Shown piece after piece: positions 35,650 through 45,658 of a stretch of DNA of 64,000 nt (positions are counted from its first letter, which is position 1; each line of letters opens with the position of its first letter). The stretch covers positions 32,001 to 96,000 of the IMG/VR virus record IMGVR_UViG_3300047444_000617; one strand, written 5' to 3'. The stretch is from a virus. Below the pieces are notes generated by a model. That model ran no database searches, was not told the origin of the DNA, and saw only the letters and a list, made by a program, of their open reading frames with translations. Both the position numbers and the translations under genes were made by a program.

Positions 35650-37614
35650 TCAGGCGGTCACGAGGTCGACGTCCTCGCAGCCGCCAGCCGCCGAGCAGGC
35701 CAGTGACTGGCTGCCCTTGGTCTGGTCGTACGTCTCGTAGAACGCCAGGTCCGACCACTCCACCCGCTGGTTCTTGGACACCAGTTCCTCGTACTCCTCC
35801 TGCGTGCACTCCTCGTACGGGGCCTGCACGTAGGTGTGGTCGGAGTAGGGGAGGAAGGAGACGCCGGAGATCTCGTCGAGGCGGTCCAGAACCCAGGCGC
35901 CCACGTCCTTCCACTCCTCCTCGCGGACGGAGATCGTCACCGACGGTTTGTGCTCGCACCAGAAGGTCTGGTACGTCATCCACAACGCGAGGTGCCGCAG
36001 TGCCGAGACGTCGTCACGCACCAGGGCCTCCTCCCCGGCCCGCTGGGCGAAGGTGAACACCCACGCGGCGGAGTTGTAGGCGTCCTCCTCGTACGGGATC
36101 CCGGCGTCGATCAGCACGAACGCCACGGGGTCCTTCTTGTCCACGCGGACCCGGCGCCGGTAGAAGCGGGCATGCTTCGGGTGGAGCCCGGACTCGCAGT
36201 CAACCAACTGGGACACCGTCCCCGAAGGCTTCACGGTGGTGGTCGCGGCGCTCTCAGGGATGCCGAGCCGGAGGGCTTCCTGCTTGTTGGCTTCCCGCAC
36301 CACGATGCGCAGGTTGGCCAGCGCCAAGGCGGTCAGCCCTTGCCCCTTGCTCCCGTTCAGGTGCGGGTTTCCGAACACGCCGGTCAGGCTGACGCCCAGC
36401 AGCCGCTCCTCCTCCGCGTTCTGGCGCCACTCCTCCCGCAGGTACGGGTAGTCAGTCAGGGTGGCCTGCCAGGTGCCGAGGATGGTGGCCAGGCGGGCCT
36501 TGCGCGTCAGGTCGGCGACGGTGTCGTCCGGGCGGACCACGACCTCGGAGAGGTTGCAGAACGAGAACGGGCGCAGAATGATCTCGCTGCAGGGGTTGGT
36601 CCCGTAGTCGGTGTCCTGCGACCGGCGGCCGAACCTGGCGGCCTGCCGCTGGGCAGCACCACGGTGGAAGATCCCCCGCTCGCCGCTGCCGGAGGCGACC
36701 AGAGAGTCCCACTCCTGGTCGAACTCCTCGACGGTCGTCCTGTCGTCGTAGACGGCCGAGATGTTCGCCAGCGCGCGGTAGGGGTGCTCGACCCACCACT
36801 CCCCCGACTTCGCCTCGGCCATCTCGCGGTCGTCGAGGTCGGAGAGGCTGATCATGGCGGAGCGGCGGACGCCACCGACGACCACGACGGAGGCGATCTT
36901 GCACGCGATGTCGTGGACCTCGATCGGCCGGAACTTGCGACCGGCCGCCGCCTTGAACTTCTCCACGGTGAACTCGAAGAGGGAGTTGAGTGGTTCGGGG
37001 CCGGAGGCTCGCCCTCCGAAGGTATGAAGTCGGCTACCGGCCGGACGGATCTCGGACAGGTCCCAGGTGGGGATCGCGCCGACCCGCAGATGCTTCAGCA
37101 ACTCGCGGTAGGCCAGGCCCCAGCCCTCCTTGGAGTCCTCCACCTTGATGACCACGGTGGGGACCTCCTCCAGCCGCTCAGCGACGCTGGGCAACTGGTC
37201 GACGTACCGCTTCTCGACGCTGTAGCCGACACCCGTGCCGTTCATGAGGATGTAGAGCAGTTCGTCCAGGGCGAGCGGGTCCTTCAACGGGAGGTACGAG
37301 CAGTTGAACCCGGCGATGTTCGATCGGTCCAGGGCGGGACCGGCCGTCATCACCGCGCGCATGGACGGCATCACGTCGTGGTTGAGGATGGCCTGCCGGA
37401 TCTCGAAGAACAGGTCGCCGTCCGGGGCGTATCGGTGCTTGTCCCGCAACTGCACCTTCATGAACGTCATGTAGCGGTCGACGGTTTCCGTCCAGGTCTC
37501 GCGACGGTTCTCCTCCTCCAGCCACCGGCTGTAGCGGCTCTTCGCGATGAAGGAACGGTAGGGGTCGGCGATGTCGCCGGAGAGGGTGAGCAAGGAGGTC
37601 ACCAGTTGATCCAT
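35650..37614 (-). CDS. nrdJ: Class II (adenosylcobalamin-dependent) ribonucleotide reductase
   Basis: RRETW, PSMR, FNCS, GGVRRSAMI, TNPCSEI, VKPSGT, EHKPS, C-terminal CxxxxC. Confidence 0.92.
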   Translation of the reverse strand: MDQLVTSLLTLSGDIADPYRSFIAKSRYSRWLEEENRRETWTETVDRYMTFMKVQLRDKHRYAPDGDLFFEIRQAILNHDVMPSMRAVMTAGPALDRSNIAGFNCSYLPLKDPLALDELLYILMNGTGVGYSVEKRYVDQLPSVAERLEEVPTVVIKVEDSKEGWGLAYRELLKHLRVGAIPTWDLSEIRPAGSRLHTFGGRASGPEPLNSLFEFTVEKFKAAAGRKFRPIEVHDIACKIASVVVVGGVRRSAMISLSDLDDREMAEAKSGEWWVEHPYRALANISAVYDDRTTVEEFDQEWDSLVASGSGERGIFHRGAAQRQAARFGRRSQDTDYGTNPCSEIILRPFSFCNLSEVVVRPDDTVADLTRKARLATILGTWQATLTDYPYLREEWRQNAEEERLLGVSLTGVFGNPHLNGSKGQGLTALALANLRIVVREANKQEALRLGIPESAATTTVKPSGTVSQLVDCESGLHPKHARFYRRRVRVDKKDPVAFVLIDAGIPYEEDAYNSAAWVFTFAQRAGEEALVRDDVSALRHLALWMTYQTFWCEHKPSVTISVREEEWKDVGAWVLDRLDEISGVSFLPYSDHTYVQAPYEECTQEEYEELVSKNQRVEWSDLAFYETYDQTKGSQSLACSAAGGCEDVDLVTA

Positions 37615-37639
37615 TCAGTAGCGGTAGGTAAGGGGGACG

Positions 37640-38086
37640 TCAGCGAATGACGTCTACGATGTGGCTGGGGTCGTAGTTGCTACGGCCCCCCGCTCCCCCG
37701 CTGGCGATCTGTCGGGCTGGCGTCGAGGGTGTCGACTTGTCACCGGAAGGGAGCCCGGCAGCGGTCTGCTGGAAGCGGGAGTTGTAGCCGCACGTGTAGC
37801 ACTGGGCCATGGCCTGCGGCTGGCCATGCGGCTTGAAGAAGTCGTCGCCGCCGCAGTCGGGGCAGTGGGTGTTCTGCTTGGCGACCATGGCGCGAGCCGG
37901 GGCCTTCCCCGGCTGGGGAACTGGCACTGTCTGCTGAACCTGCTCGGGCGCGGGGTATGCCTGCTGTTGCTGGCCGGGGGATGCCCACCAGGGGCCACCG
38001 GTCGGCTGCGGCTGAGGCTGAGGGGCCTGGGCGGGGGCAGCCTGCGGAGGCGCCGCCCCCAACTTGTTTGCCCAGAAGTTACTCAC
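37640..38086 (-). CDS. Zinc-ribbon hypothetical protein
   Basis: CPDC...CYTCGY; Pro/Gln-rich N-terminus. Confidence 0.7.
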   Translation of the reverse strand: MSNFWANKLGAAPPQAAPAQAPQPQPQPTGGPWWASPGQQQQAYPAPEQVQQTVPVPQPGKAPARAMVAKQNTHCPDCGGDDFFKPHGQPQAMAQCYTCGYNSRFQQTAAGLPSGDKSTPSTPARQIASGGAGGRSNYDPSHIVDVIR

Positions 38087-38552
38087 CGAACTGCGCTCCT
38101 TCCGTGTACGTGATGATGCCCATGTCGAAGAGGTTCGCGAGGATCGCGCCCACCCCGGCTTGGAGGACGAGGGAATGGTGACGCTGGAGTGACACCGCAG
38201 AATCCTCGTCCACCGAGACGCCCGAGTTAATCAGCATAGCCGAGGCGGTAATGCCTGAAACAAGCGGCGTGAGCAGTGCGAGAATTTCCCCCAGGGGTAT
38301 CACCGCAGCCATTCTTTCGTGGCTGGATCGGTGCTCCATGTCGCGGACGTCCGGGCTTTCCGGAGAGAGGTTCATGAGGGGCATCATCCCCTCGACGTCA
38401 GAGCAGGGCACGAGATCCCACAGCAGCCGCTTGGTGAGCATCTCCGGGGTGTACATGGTCACGCCCGAACCCTCGAACGAGTCGATGTCCTCGGGATTGT
38501 CCGAGTCGTCATTCTTTCGGTTGAAGAATCGCACTACTTCGCCTCCGACCAA
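38079..38552 (-). CDS. Hypothetical protein
   Basis: Fills the gap between polA and next gene; start uncertain. Confidence 0.6.
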   Translation of the reverse strand: MVGGEVVRFFNRKNDDSDNPEDIDSFEGSGVTMYTPEMLTKRLLWDLVPCSDVEGMMPLMNLSPESPDVRDMEHRSSHERMAAVIPLGEILALLTPLVSGITASAMLINSGVSVDEDSAVSLQRHHSLVLQAGVGAILANLFDMGIITYTEGAQFGE

Positions 38553-40516
38553 CGGTCTACGATCTTGACGTCCGACGAGAGAGGGACGCGCAGGAGTTTC
38601 TGGATGTCCTCGCCGAGCATGGCCTCCTTGACCAGCGCGGCTGCTTCCTGTGCCCGGTCCTCCGGCGCGAGCACGACCAGCTCGTCGTGCACGGAGAGGA
38701 TCAGGCGGATGTCGTCCGGCAGGAGGTTGCTCAGCCGGATCATCGCCAACTTGATGAGGTCGGCCGCCGAGCCCTGGATGAGGCTGTTGACGGCCTGGCG
38801 CTCGGCACCCATACGCAGACCGTTGTTCTGCGACAGGATGAGCGGCAGGCGCCGCTTGCGGCCTAGCAGAGTGCGGATGTGCGGAGGGCGGCGGGATCGG
38901 CAGACACGGACGACGTCGTTCTTGAAGGCGTAGATCTCGGGGAACATCTTCTGGTGGATCTCCAGGAAGCGCTTTGCTTCCTTTACGGAAATTCCAGCCA
39001 TCGAAGCGACCTTGTCCGGGCCCGCTCCATATACGACGGCGAAGTTGATTCCCTTTGCCACCTGCCGAAGGTTGATGGCCTCTCGGTCACCGGCCTTGAC
39101 GCGGGCCATGAATTCTTGCGGATCCTGGCCGATAAGGGCTGCGGCAGTGGCCGAGTGCGGGTCCACACCGTTGTGGAATCCCCGGTACAGCGCACCCTTT
39201 CCGATGAAGTGCGCGAGCACCACCAGTTCGATCTGCCCATAGTCGGCGACGACCAGCTTGTAGCCGGACGGTGCGATGAACAGTCCTCGGATCCGCTTAC
39301 CGAGTTCGGTGTCAGGTCGTGGGATATTCTGCAGGTTGGGTTCCCGGCAGGAGAATCGTCCGGTCACCGTTCCGTACTGAACGAAGTCGGCGTGAATGCG
39401 GCCGTCGAATATCCGGCAGGGCTTATCGGGGTCGCCCTCGACACCCAGGTATGCCAGCGGGTACCCGAGCAGCTTGGCGACTTCTGCGTAGTCGGCCAGG
39501 GCCTTGACGACCGGGTTGTTGGGGTGCGCTTCCAGGGAGTCGGAGTCGGTGGAGTAGTCGGCGAAGGTGAGGGTCTGCCCCGCGTCCCTCTTCTTCTTCC
39601 CGCCGTCGGTGGGCTTGAGAGGCTTGAGGCCCTGGCCGCCCTCGGACTTCGGGGCGTACAGGACAGCGGCCTTCTGCGCGGGCGCGTTGAGGTTGAAGCG
39701 CTGACCGGCGGCCCGGTAGATGTTGGCCTCGATGTCCACCAGCCGGGCGGACATGTCGCGGACCAGCTCCTCCATCGCCTCGACGTCGACCGGGGCGCCG
39801 GTGATGCCCATGTCGAGCAGCACGCCGAGCACATCCATCTCCAGGCGGCGGACGTGCGTGAGGTTCTGCTCCTCGATCCGGCGTTGGAACTGCTTCCACA
39901 GCAGCCAGGTGTACTTGGCGTCCATGTAGGCGTAGTGGGCGACCTTGGAGAACGTGAACTTCTCCACGCCGTTCTTGCCGACGTTCTCCTGGTCGTAGTC
40001 GACCTTGTAGTACCGCTTGACGAGTTCCTTCAGGCCCTTCTGCTTCATGTTCTCGTCGAGCAGCCACTGCAGCACGATGGTGTCGGAGTAGTCCGGCGGT
40101 GCGATCTCGCCCCAGTACTTCGCGGTGCTGATCAGGTCGAAGGTCGCGTTGTGGGCGATCTTGATCTTGTCCTCGGCCCAGAACAGCGGCTTGAGGATGC
40201 TGAACACCTCGCTGGGCAGCATCTGCTGCGGCGGAGCGTCGAACACGGCCGGGATGGGGTCGAACTTCCCGGTGGCCTTGTTCTTCTTCTTCGTGGCCCT
40301 GGAGATCTGGACGTCGCCGTTGGGGTGGCCGAAGGGGATGGCGTAGGCCATGCCGTCAGTGGCCAGCGACATCCAGTTGGCGACGTTCTGGGTCGGGACG
40401 TTGCGGTTCTTGCCGATCGTCTCGATGTCGAAGGAGAAGGCCGGACGCTCCATGAAGCGCTCGACCACGGTATGAAGTCGGTCGGGGGTCAAGATGACCG
40501 AGTCGCGGATGATCAT
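38534..40516 (-). CDS. polA: DNA polymerase family A with 3'-5' exonuclease (no 5'-3' exonuclease)
   Basis: FDIET, HNATFD, YAYMDA; TGRFS..PNLQNIP, DYGQIEL, K.INF..VYG, QGSAAD, VHDEL. Confidence 0.95.
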   Translation of the reverse strand: MIIRDSVILTPDRLHTVVERFMERPAFSFDIETIGKNRNVPTQNVANWMSLATDGMAYAIPFGHPNGDVQISRATKKKNKATGKFDPIPAVFDAPPQQMLPSEVFSILKPLFWAEDKIKIAHNATFDLISTAKYWGEIAPPDYSDTIVLQWLLDENMKQKGLKELVKRYYKVDYDQENVGKNGVEKFTFSKVAHYAYMDAKYTWLLWKQFQRRIEEQNLTHVRRLEMDVLGVLLDMGITGAPVDVEAMEELVRDMSARLVDIEANIYRAAGQRFNLNAPAQKAAVLYAPKSEGGQGLKPLKPTDGGKKKRDAGQTLTFADYSTDSDSLEAHPNNPVVKALADYAEVAKLLGYPLAYLGVEGDPDKPCRIFDGRIHADFVQYGTVTGRFSCREPNLQNIPRPDTELGKRIRGLFIAPSGYKLVVADYGQIELVVLAHFIGKGALYRGFHNGVDPHSATAAALIGQDPQEFMARVKAGDREAINLRQVAKGINFAVVYGAGPDKVASMAGISVKEAKRFLEIHQKMFPEIYAFKNDVVRVCRSRRPPHIRTLLGRKRRLPLILSQNNGLRMGAERQAVNSLIQGSAADLIKLAMIRLSNLLPDDIRLILSVHDELVVLAPEDRAQEAAALVKEAMLGEDIQKLLRVPLSSDVKIVDRWSEAK

Positions 40517-40761
40517 GCGACGACTACCTCGCTGGTGGTCTCGATCCAGACGTGGGCGCCGCAGTCGAGCGGCTGGTCCGGGCGGTAGACGACGCGGGCC
40601 ACGACCTTGCCGTCGGCGTCGAGTACCGTGACGTCGTTGCCCTTGCGGTTCTGCTTGTAGTCCTTGGCGGTGATGACCGGCAGGCGCTCCTCCCCCGGCC
40701 CGGCCTTTCGATTCGCCTTGATGTGGTGCTGGTTGATGTGGATGCGGGTGGTGACGGCCAC
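40513..40761 (-). CDS. Conserved small phage protein
   Basis: IHINQH.IK.N...VYRPD.PL.CGA.VWIET. Confidence 0.7.
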   Translation of the reverse strand: MAVTTRIHINQHHIKANRKAGPGEERLPVITAKDYKQNRKGNDVTVLDADGKVVARVVYRPDQPLDCGAHVWIETTSEVVVA

Positions 40762-40842
40762 GACGGGCTCCTGTGGTGGTGGCGGATGGGAAAGCTGAGG
40801 GGAGGCCCCAGCTCGGTGCTGGAACCTCCCCGTCGGAGCCGG

Positions 40843-41646
40843 TCAGTCGTTGAGGATCTCGCGGGCGATCTGCTTGAGTTCGCTGCGCGAGTTCACCTTG
40901 AAGATCGTCTCGTCGTAGGCGTCGGCCTCCAGGGCGTCCAGGTCCACGTCGTCGGGGTCGACCTCCCAGTCGTCGTAGATGTCCCGCTCCTTGACCGGGA
41001 TGATGTAGTAGTTGGTCTTGTTGTTCTTGGTCTCCTTGCGGGCGGAGAAGTACAGGTCGTCCCGGTTGAGGGGCTTGGTCTTGTCGCTCTTGGCGAAGTT
41101 CTTGAGGATGTCGGCGACCATCGGGCCGACCTTCCACACCTTGACCTTGGGGTCCTGGGGGTCGGTGAAGTCCACGACGTTGAAGCAGACCTGCTGCGAG
41201 GGCTTGTCACCGGCGTCGTCGCACAGGGGGCAGCGGACCTCCAGGCACGTCCAGGATCGCTTGCCCTTGCGCTCGATCCAGTGCTGCAGGTAGACCCAGA
41301 ACGGCTCGTCGTCGAGGAACTTGAACAGCACCTCGTCGCCGGTGACCTTGAAGTCGTCGGGGAAGGAGGAGGTGGCCTGCTTGGTCTTCTCGTACGAGCC
41401 CCATCCCCGGCCGCCGACGCTCGGTGAGGGCTCGTCGTCCTCCTCCTCGTCCTTGGCCGGACGGCGGGAGCGGCGGGAGGCGGGGGCCTCCTCGGTATGA
41501 AGCGACTCGCGGCGCGAGCCACGTCGCGAGCCCCTGGCGGGACGCTCGTCCTCCTCGTCGTCGTAGCGCTCGTCCTCCGGCTCCTCGGCCGGGCTGTACG
41601 CGTCGGTGCTGCGCGGGGCGCGACGGCGGGTGAGGGTACGGGCCAT
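40843..41646 (-). CDS. T4 gp32-like single-stranded DNA-binding protein
   Basis: HW...TC...CPLC zinc site, aromatic OB-like core, acidic C-terminus, replication context. Confidence 0.65.
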   Translation of the reverse strand: MARTLTRRRAPRSTDAYSPAEEPEDERYDDEEDERPARGSRRGSRRESLHTEEAPASRRSRRPAKDEEEDDEPSPSVGGRGWGSYEKTKQATSSFPDDFKVTGDEVLFKFLDDEPFWVYLQHWIERKGKRSWTCLEVRCPLCDDAGDKPSQQVCFNVVDFTDPQDPKVKVWKVGPMVADILKNFAKSDKTKPLNRDDLYFSARKETKNNKTNYYIIPVKERDIYDDWEVDPDDVDLDALEADAYDETIFKVNSRSELKQIAREILND

Positions 41647-41885
41647 CAGTTGTTCTCCTGCTTGTAGAGGTGGATGTAGGACTCGTCCTCGGCGGTGTTC
41701 AGCCGGGACTCCTCGATGTCGTTCGCCAGCGAGTCGTGGATGTAGTCGACCGCGATCTTGTGCAGGTCCTTCAGGGACTTGGCGTTGGGGAAGTCGTCGC
41801 TGTCGATCTCCACGGACTCGGAGAACTCCACCCACTCGAAGTTCCCCATGGACACGTGGTGCTTGGCGCTGCGGATGATCTTCAC
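41646..41885 (-). CDS. Hypothetical protein
   Basis: Coupled; MGNFEWV motif. Confidence 0.6.
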   Translation of the reverse strand: MKIIRSAKHHVSMGNFEWVEFSESVEIDSDDFPNAKSLKDLHKIAVDYIHDSLANDIEESRLNTAEDESYIHLYKQENN

Positions 41886-42409
41886 TGCTCGGCCAGCCTC
41901 TTGAAGAGGTCGACGACGCGGGCGGTGAAAGCGGTCGACTTGATCGGCTTCTGGTGAGACACCAGGATGCCTTCCTCCTGCGCGATGCGGACGATGCCCT
42001 CGATCTGCTCGCGGGTGTACAGCCGCCGCCGTCCACGCGGGTCGTCGTCCCGGCCCGGGGACTGGTACGTGGACTTGGGGATGATCCCCTCGCGCTCCCA
42101 CTTGCGGATGGTCACCGACTGGCGGCCGAGTGCCTGGGCGAGGTTGCCGAGGGTGTAGAACTCGGTCTCGACACCGGCCACGACGTACTTGCGGGGCTTG
42201 GCATCCCAGCCTCCCCAGTACCCTCCCGGCTGATGGGACTTGGCGTATCCGGGGTTAAGCCAAGGTCTTCCCGTGTTGTCGGCCGCTCCATCGGCGGCCT
42301 CGGTATGAAGCCGGTTGGGGTGACGGACGATGGGGCGGGTGGAGCCGGGGTAGAACTGCTCCCCGATCTGCGCGAACTCCTGATCCAGGGCGTCTGCAGA
42401 GGCGGTCAT
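41882..42409 (-). CDS. MerR-like HTH DNA-binding protein
   Basis: YTLGNLAQALGRQSVTIRKWEREGIIP...RRLYTREQI. Confidence 0.82.
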   Translation of the reverse strand: MTASADALDQEFAQIGEQFYPGSTRPIVRHPNRLHTEAADGAADNTGRPWLNPGYAKSHQPGGYWGGWDAKPRKYVVAGVETEFYTLGNLAQALGRQSVTIRKWEREGIIPKSTYQSPGRDDDPRGRRRLYTREQIEGIVRIAQEEGILVSHQKPIKSTAFTARVVDLFKRLAEQ

Positions 42410-42419
42410 GTGGTGGGTC

Positions 42420-42800
42420 CTATCCGTAGTGAGTGGCGAGAAGCCAGCGGGGCTCTCCCTGCTCCGGAGTGATACCGAGGGTCTTCAGGGCCAGGGCCAG
42501 GTGCTCGCGGTGCTTGTCGGTGATCTCCGGGATCTCGATCTCCGCGACCCAGTTCCTGCTCAGAGACGTTCCGGCGAGCAGAAGGTCTCCGGTGTAGCCC
42601 CGGCTGAGATTGCCGTAGGTCTGGAAGTGGACGTTGGGCAGTCCGAGCACGTTCTCCAGGTGCTGCTCGGCGGACGTCTTCAGGCCCAGGTCCATGTCGT
42701 ACCAGGGGAGTTCGTCGATGTCCTCACGGATCTTGTACTCCCCCTCGTCCCCGCCGAGGTCGTAGCCGTAGCCGAGGCGCGCGTAGGCGTGGGAACCCAT
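42420..42800 (-). CDS. Hypothetical protein
   Basis: A.LGYGYDLG N-terminal motif. Confidence 0.65.
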   Translation of the reverse strand: MGSHAYARLGYGYDLGGDEGEYKIREDIDELPWYDMDLGLKTSAEQHLENVLGLPNVHFQTYGNLSRGYTGDLLLAGTSLSRNWVAEIEIPEITDKHREHLALALKTLGITPEQGEPRWLLATHYG

Positions 42801-42801
42801 G

Positions 42802-43284
42802 TCAGCCCCTGATCGGCTTGAAGGCGAAGGCGACGTCCTCGGTGAACAGGCCGTCCAGTTCCTCGTCGGACAGGAGCCCCTCCTGGTTGAGCACGTACAA
42901 CTCCTGCTGGTCCAGGACCTCGGTGGTGACCGGCTTGAAGACGCGGTCTCGCAGCCCCTTGGCGGTGAGCAGCACGTCGGCGGCCTCCGCGTCCAGGCCG
43001 ATGGAGACGCGGCGCTCTCGCTTGACCTCGGTGAACTTCTGGCCGTTGATCTCGATGGGGGACGGCAGGGTCCAGAACTTGGATCCCTTTTCGTCGACCT
43101 CGCCGATGTTGTCGACGTAGACGGAGATCTCGTCGCGCAACTTGTTCTTGCGGGTGACGATCTGCGTCTCCTGGAACTTCAGCGCCAGGAACTGCCGGGT
43201 CTTCTCCATCGGATCGTTCTCGATCTGGAGATTGATGGGCTTCTCAGGAACCCGGCGGGTGTTGCGGCGTTGGACTGTAGCCAT
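42802..43284 (-). CDS. Hypothetical protein (Gam/gp157-like coiled coil possible)
   Basis: AAGGAG RBS; own promoter. Confidence 0.65.
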   Translation of the reverse strand: MATVQRRNTRRVPEKPINLQIENDPMEKTRQFLALKFQETQIVTRKNKLRDEISVYVDNIGEVDEKGSKFWTLPSPIEINGQKFTEVKRERRVSIGLDAEAADVLLTAKGLRDRVFKPVTTEVLDQQELYVLNQEGLLSDEELDGLFTEDVAFAFKPIRG

Positions 43285-43331
43285 AGAGCGGATGCTCTCC
43301 TTCTACTGGGTGTTGGGCTAGGCAAGTAGTG

Positions 43332-43360
43332 ACTCTACACTACCGTTTTCGAGTTGTCGA
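43332..43360 (-). promoter_or_regulatory. Promoter TCGACA-N17-TAGAGT
   Basis: Near-consensus hexamers; spacer contains AAACGGTAGT. Confidence 0.65.
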
Positions 43361-43367
43361 TTCTTGG

Positions 43368-43712
43368 TTACCGCTTCTTGTGGGTGCCCTGCTTGGCCGC
43401 ATACCTCTTGGCGTCACGGTCGGTCTGGTCCCGGCGCACGGCGGTCTCGACGACGTCCTGGTAGACGGTAACGACACGGTGCTCGGCGGGGTCGACGACG
43501 GCCACAAGGTCTCCGCGCACGTGGCGGACCTGTCCGGGAACCCTCGCAGAGGGGTAGGTATGAAGCGGCTCGTTGGCCGCCAGCAGGACGTCCTTGCTGG
43601 TCCACCCCTTGGCGGCGGCCTGCTTCTGTGCGTGGTAGGTCAGTTTGTAGTTCGGGGCCTCCGCGACGGAGGTGCCCCAGTCGATCCCGAGAGCTTCAGC
43701 GATGGTGGTCAT
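43368..43712 (-). CDS. DUF4258-like (RelE/BrnT-fold) protein
   Basis: LTYHAQ.Q...G...DV...VVD...VVTVY pattern; own promoter and AGGAGG RBS. Confidence 0.6.
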   Translation of the reverse strand: MTTIAEALGIDWGTSVAEAPNYKLTYHAQKQAAAKGWTSKDVLLAANEPLHTYPSARVPGQVRHVRGDLVAVVDPAEHRVVTVYQDVVETAVRRDQTDRDAKRYAAKQGTHKKR

Positions 43713-43757
43713 GCGGGCCTCCTGTGTTCGAGCCTTGTTCGAGCGGCTGATGAGGAG

Positions 43758-43786
43758 ACTTTACGGCCCACCTAGCAGGTCGTCAA
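43758..43786 (-). promoter_or_regulatory. Promoter TTGACG-N17-TAAAGT
   Basis: Hexamers read directly. Confidence 0.7.
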
Positions 43787-44014
43787 TGGATCTGACAAAC
43801 CTGCTTGCGATATGCGGTCACCAGTCGAGAACGGCACCCCTCAGAGCCAGTCGAATGGGAGCAATGTCCCAATCCTCCTGCTCTTCGGGAGGGCGTATGA
43901 CATCCTCCAGCCCCTCGCGGAGCAGGACGTCGAGTGGTTCTTCTCGCATATCTGCATACTCTCATGCAGTTACCGATTTAGAACCACTCGACGTCCCGGG
44001 TGAGATCCTGGAAG

Positions 44015-45658
44015 TTACGCCGCTTCCAGCGCCTGCGTGAGGGAGACCAGGTCGTTGTCGATGCGGCCGTTGTCGTCGGCGCCTCGGCCGTCGGTGATGG
44101 CCGACCCCACCCGGCGCTTGTGCGCGAGCATGGCCAGCTTGCGCGGCTCGGTGGTGGCCGCCGTGATGGCGTTGAGGATGTAGATGTCCTTGAACTCACT
44201 GCTCGCGCGGTTGTGCCGGGCGTTGATCTGATCCTGCTTCCCGGACGACCAGGCGAGGTCGTAGTTGATCAGGTAGTTGGCCATGTACAGGTCGGTGCCG
44301 AACGCCCCGGCGTGGCTGGACAGGAAGACACGACACTGTCCATCGGTCTCGAACCTCTGGGCGGCATAGGCCTTGGCTGCCGAGGACATGCGGCCGGTGT
44401 ATGTAACCGCGCAGCCATCAGGCAGCCGGTCGGCCAGCAGGTCGAGCATGTCGGGGTTGACCGAGAAGATGATCACCTTGTTGCCGGGGACCGCGAGGAT
44501 GTCCTCGACCGCAGAGACCACCGCGTCCAACTTCGGGGTCGTGGTGACCGCATCCAGTACTCCCGACTGCCACACCTCGTAGGCGTACTTCGATCCCGGC
44601 CAGGTCTTCTTCTGCACCCCCGACTGCCTCGACTCCTGGCTCTCCTCGTAGCGCTGCCCGGACCGCACGATGAGGTCCGGGTGGTTGAGCAGCATGTCCA
44701 GCGCCTGCATCCGCGCCATGATCTTTCCCTTCTGACTGTTCTCGTTCGGGGTGTCCCCTCCGTGGTAGTGGGCGAACAGGTCGAACGACTCCGTGTTGGG
44801 GCCGAGCGCGCGCAGCTCGGAGAGCAGTTCGGTGGAGATGTGCTTGTAGGCCTTGCGGGTGTGGGTGTCCAGCACGACCGGGATGACGCTCTCCTGTACG
44901 CGGGGCAGGAACGGCTTGACGTCCGGGTCCAGGCGCGTCTTCCGCACCATGACGTCGGCCAGCTTGGCGTGAAGGAGTGGCAGGTTCCGGTACTGCTGCA
45001 CACCGCCGAAGCGGTTGCGGACGATGTAGGTCTTGTCGAACAGGTCGAAGCGCCCCAGCACCTCGTCGTCCACCCACTGCATGATCGAGAACAGTTCCTC
45101 GGGTTTGCCGTTCTCCACCGGGGTGCCAGTCAGTCCGAAGCGGAACGGGGCCGTCAGCCGCTTGATCTTCCGCGTGCGCTGCGCCCGGAAGGTTTTGATC
45201 GCGGTGCACTCGTCCAGGACGATGCACTCCGGCTTGATGCGGCGGACGAAGTTCCAGTCGTTGACGACGTTCTCGTAGCCCAAGATGACGTAATCGGGCC
45301 GGTACGTCTTCACCTTGACGTACTGGGCGGCCCGCTTCTTGGCGTCACCGTCGATCAGTACGCAGTAGTCCTCCGTCGGGACGGTGATCTCCTGCACCAT
45401 CCCGTCCTCGCGCACCTTGACCGAGCGGGTGGCCACGTCGGTGAGGCGGGCGATGGACTTGGCCCACTGGTACTTGAGGTTGGCCGGGACGACGATCACC
45501 GTCGTCTCGACCTCCTCCCGCTCGATCAACTCCTCGATCGCAGCCAGGGCGATGACCGTCTTGCCCAGGCCCATCTCGTAGGCGATCAGGAGGGAGCCGC
45601 GCTGCACCGCACGGTCCACGGCCTCCTCCTGGTAGGTATGAAGGTCGACGGTCAGCAC
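44015..45658 (-). CDS. SNF2-family (SF2) DNA helicase
   Basis: MGLGKT, LDEC, LTGTPVEN, GAFGTDL, Q..AR..R. Confidence 0.9.
   Translation of the reverse strand: MLTVDLHTYQEEAVDRAVQRGSLLIAYEMGLGKTVIALAAIEELIEREEVETTVIVVPANLKYQWAKSIARLTDVATRSVKVREDGMVQEITVPTEDYCVLIDGDAKKRAAQYVKVKTYRPDYVILGYENVVNDWNFVRRIKPECIVLDECTAIKTFRAQRTRKIKRLTAPFRFGLTGTPVENGKPEELFSIMQWVDDEVLGRFDLFDKTYIVRNRFGGVQQYRNLPLLHAKLADVMVRKTRLDPDVKPFLPRVQESVIPVVLDTHTRKAYKHISTELLSELRALGPNTESFDLFAHYHGGDTPNENSQKGKIMARMQALDMLLNHPDLIVRSGQRYEESQESRQSGVQKKTWPGSKYAYEVWQSGVLDAVTTTPKLDAVVSAVEDILAVPGNKVIIFSVNPDMLDLLADRLPDGCAVTYTGRMSSAAKAYAAQRFETDGQCRVFLSSHAGAFGTDLYMANYLINYDLAWSSGKQDQINARHNRASSEFKDIYILNAITAATTEPRKLAMLAHKRRVGSAITDGRGADDNGRIDNDLVSLTQALEAA

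Noticed and set aside
38534-41137. 867-aa PolA with long N-terminal extension, or intein/intron in PolA, RecA, DnaB or NrdJ
   Set aside because: Real start is the coupled ATG at 40516; the proteins are normal length with no intein (C...HN) or intron signatures
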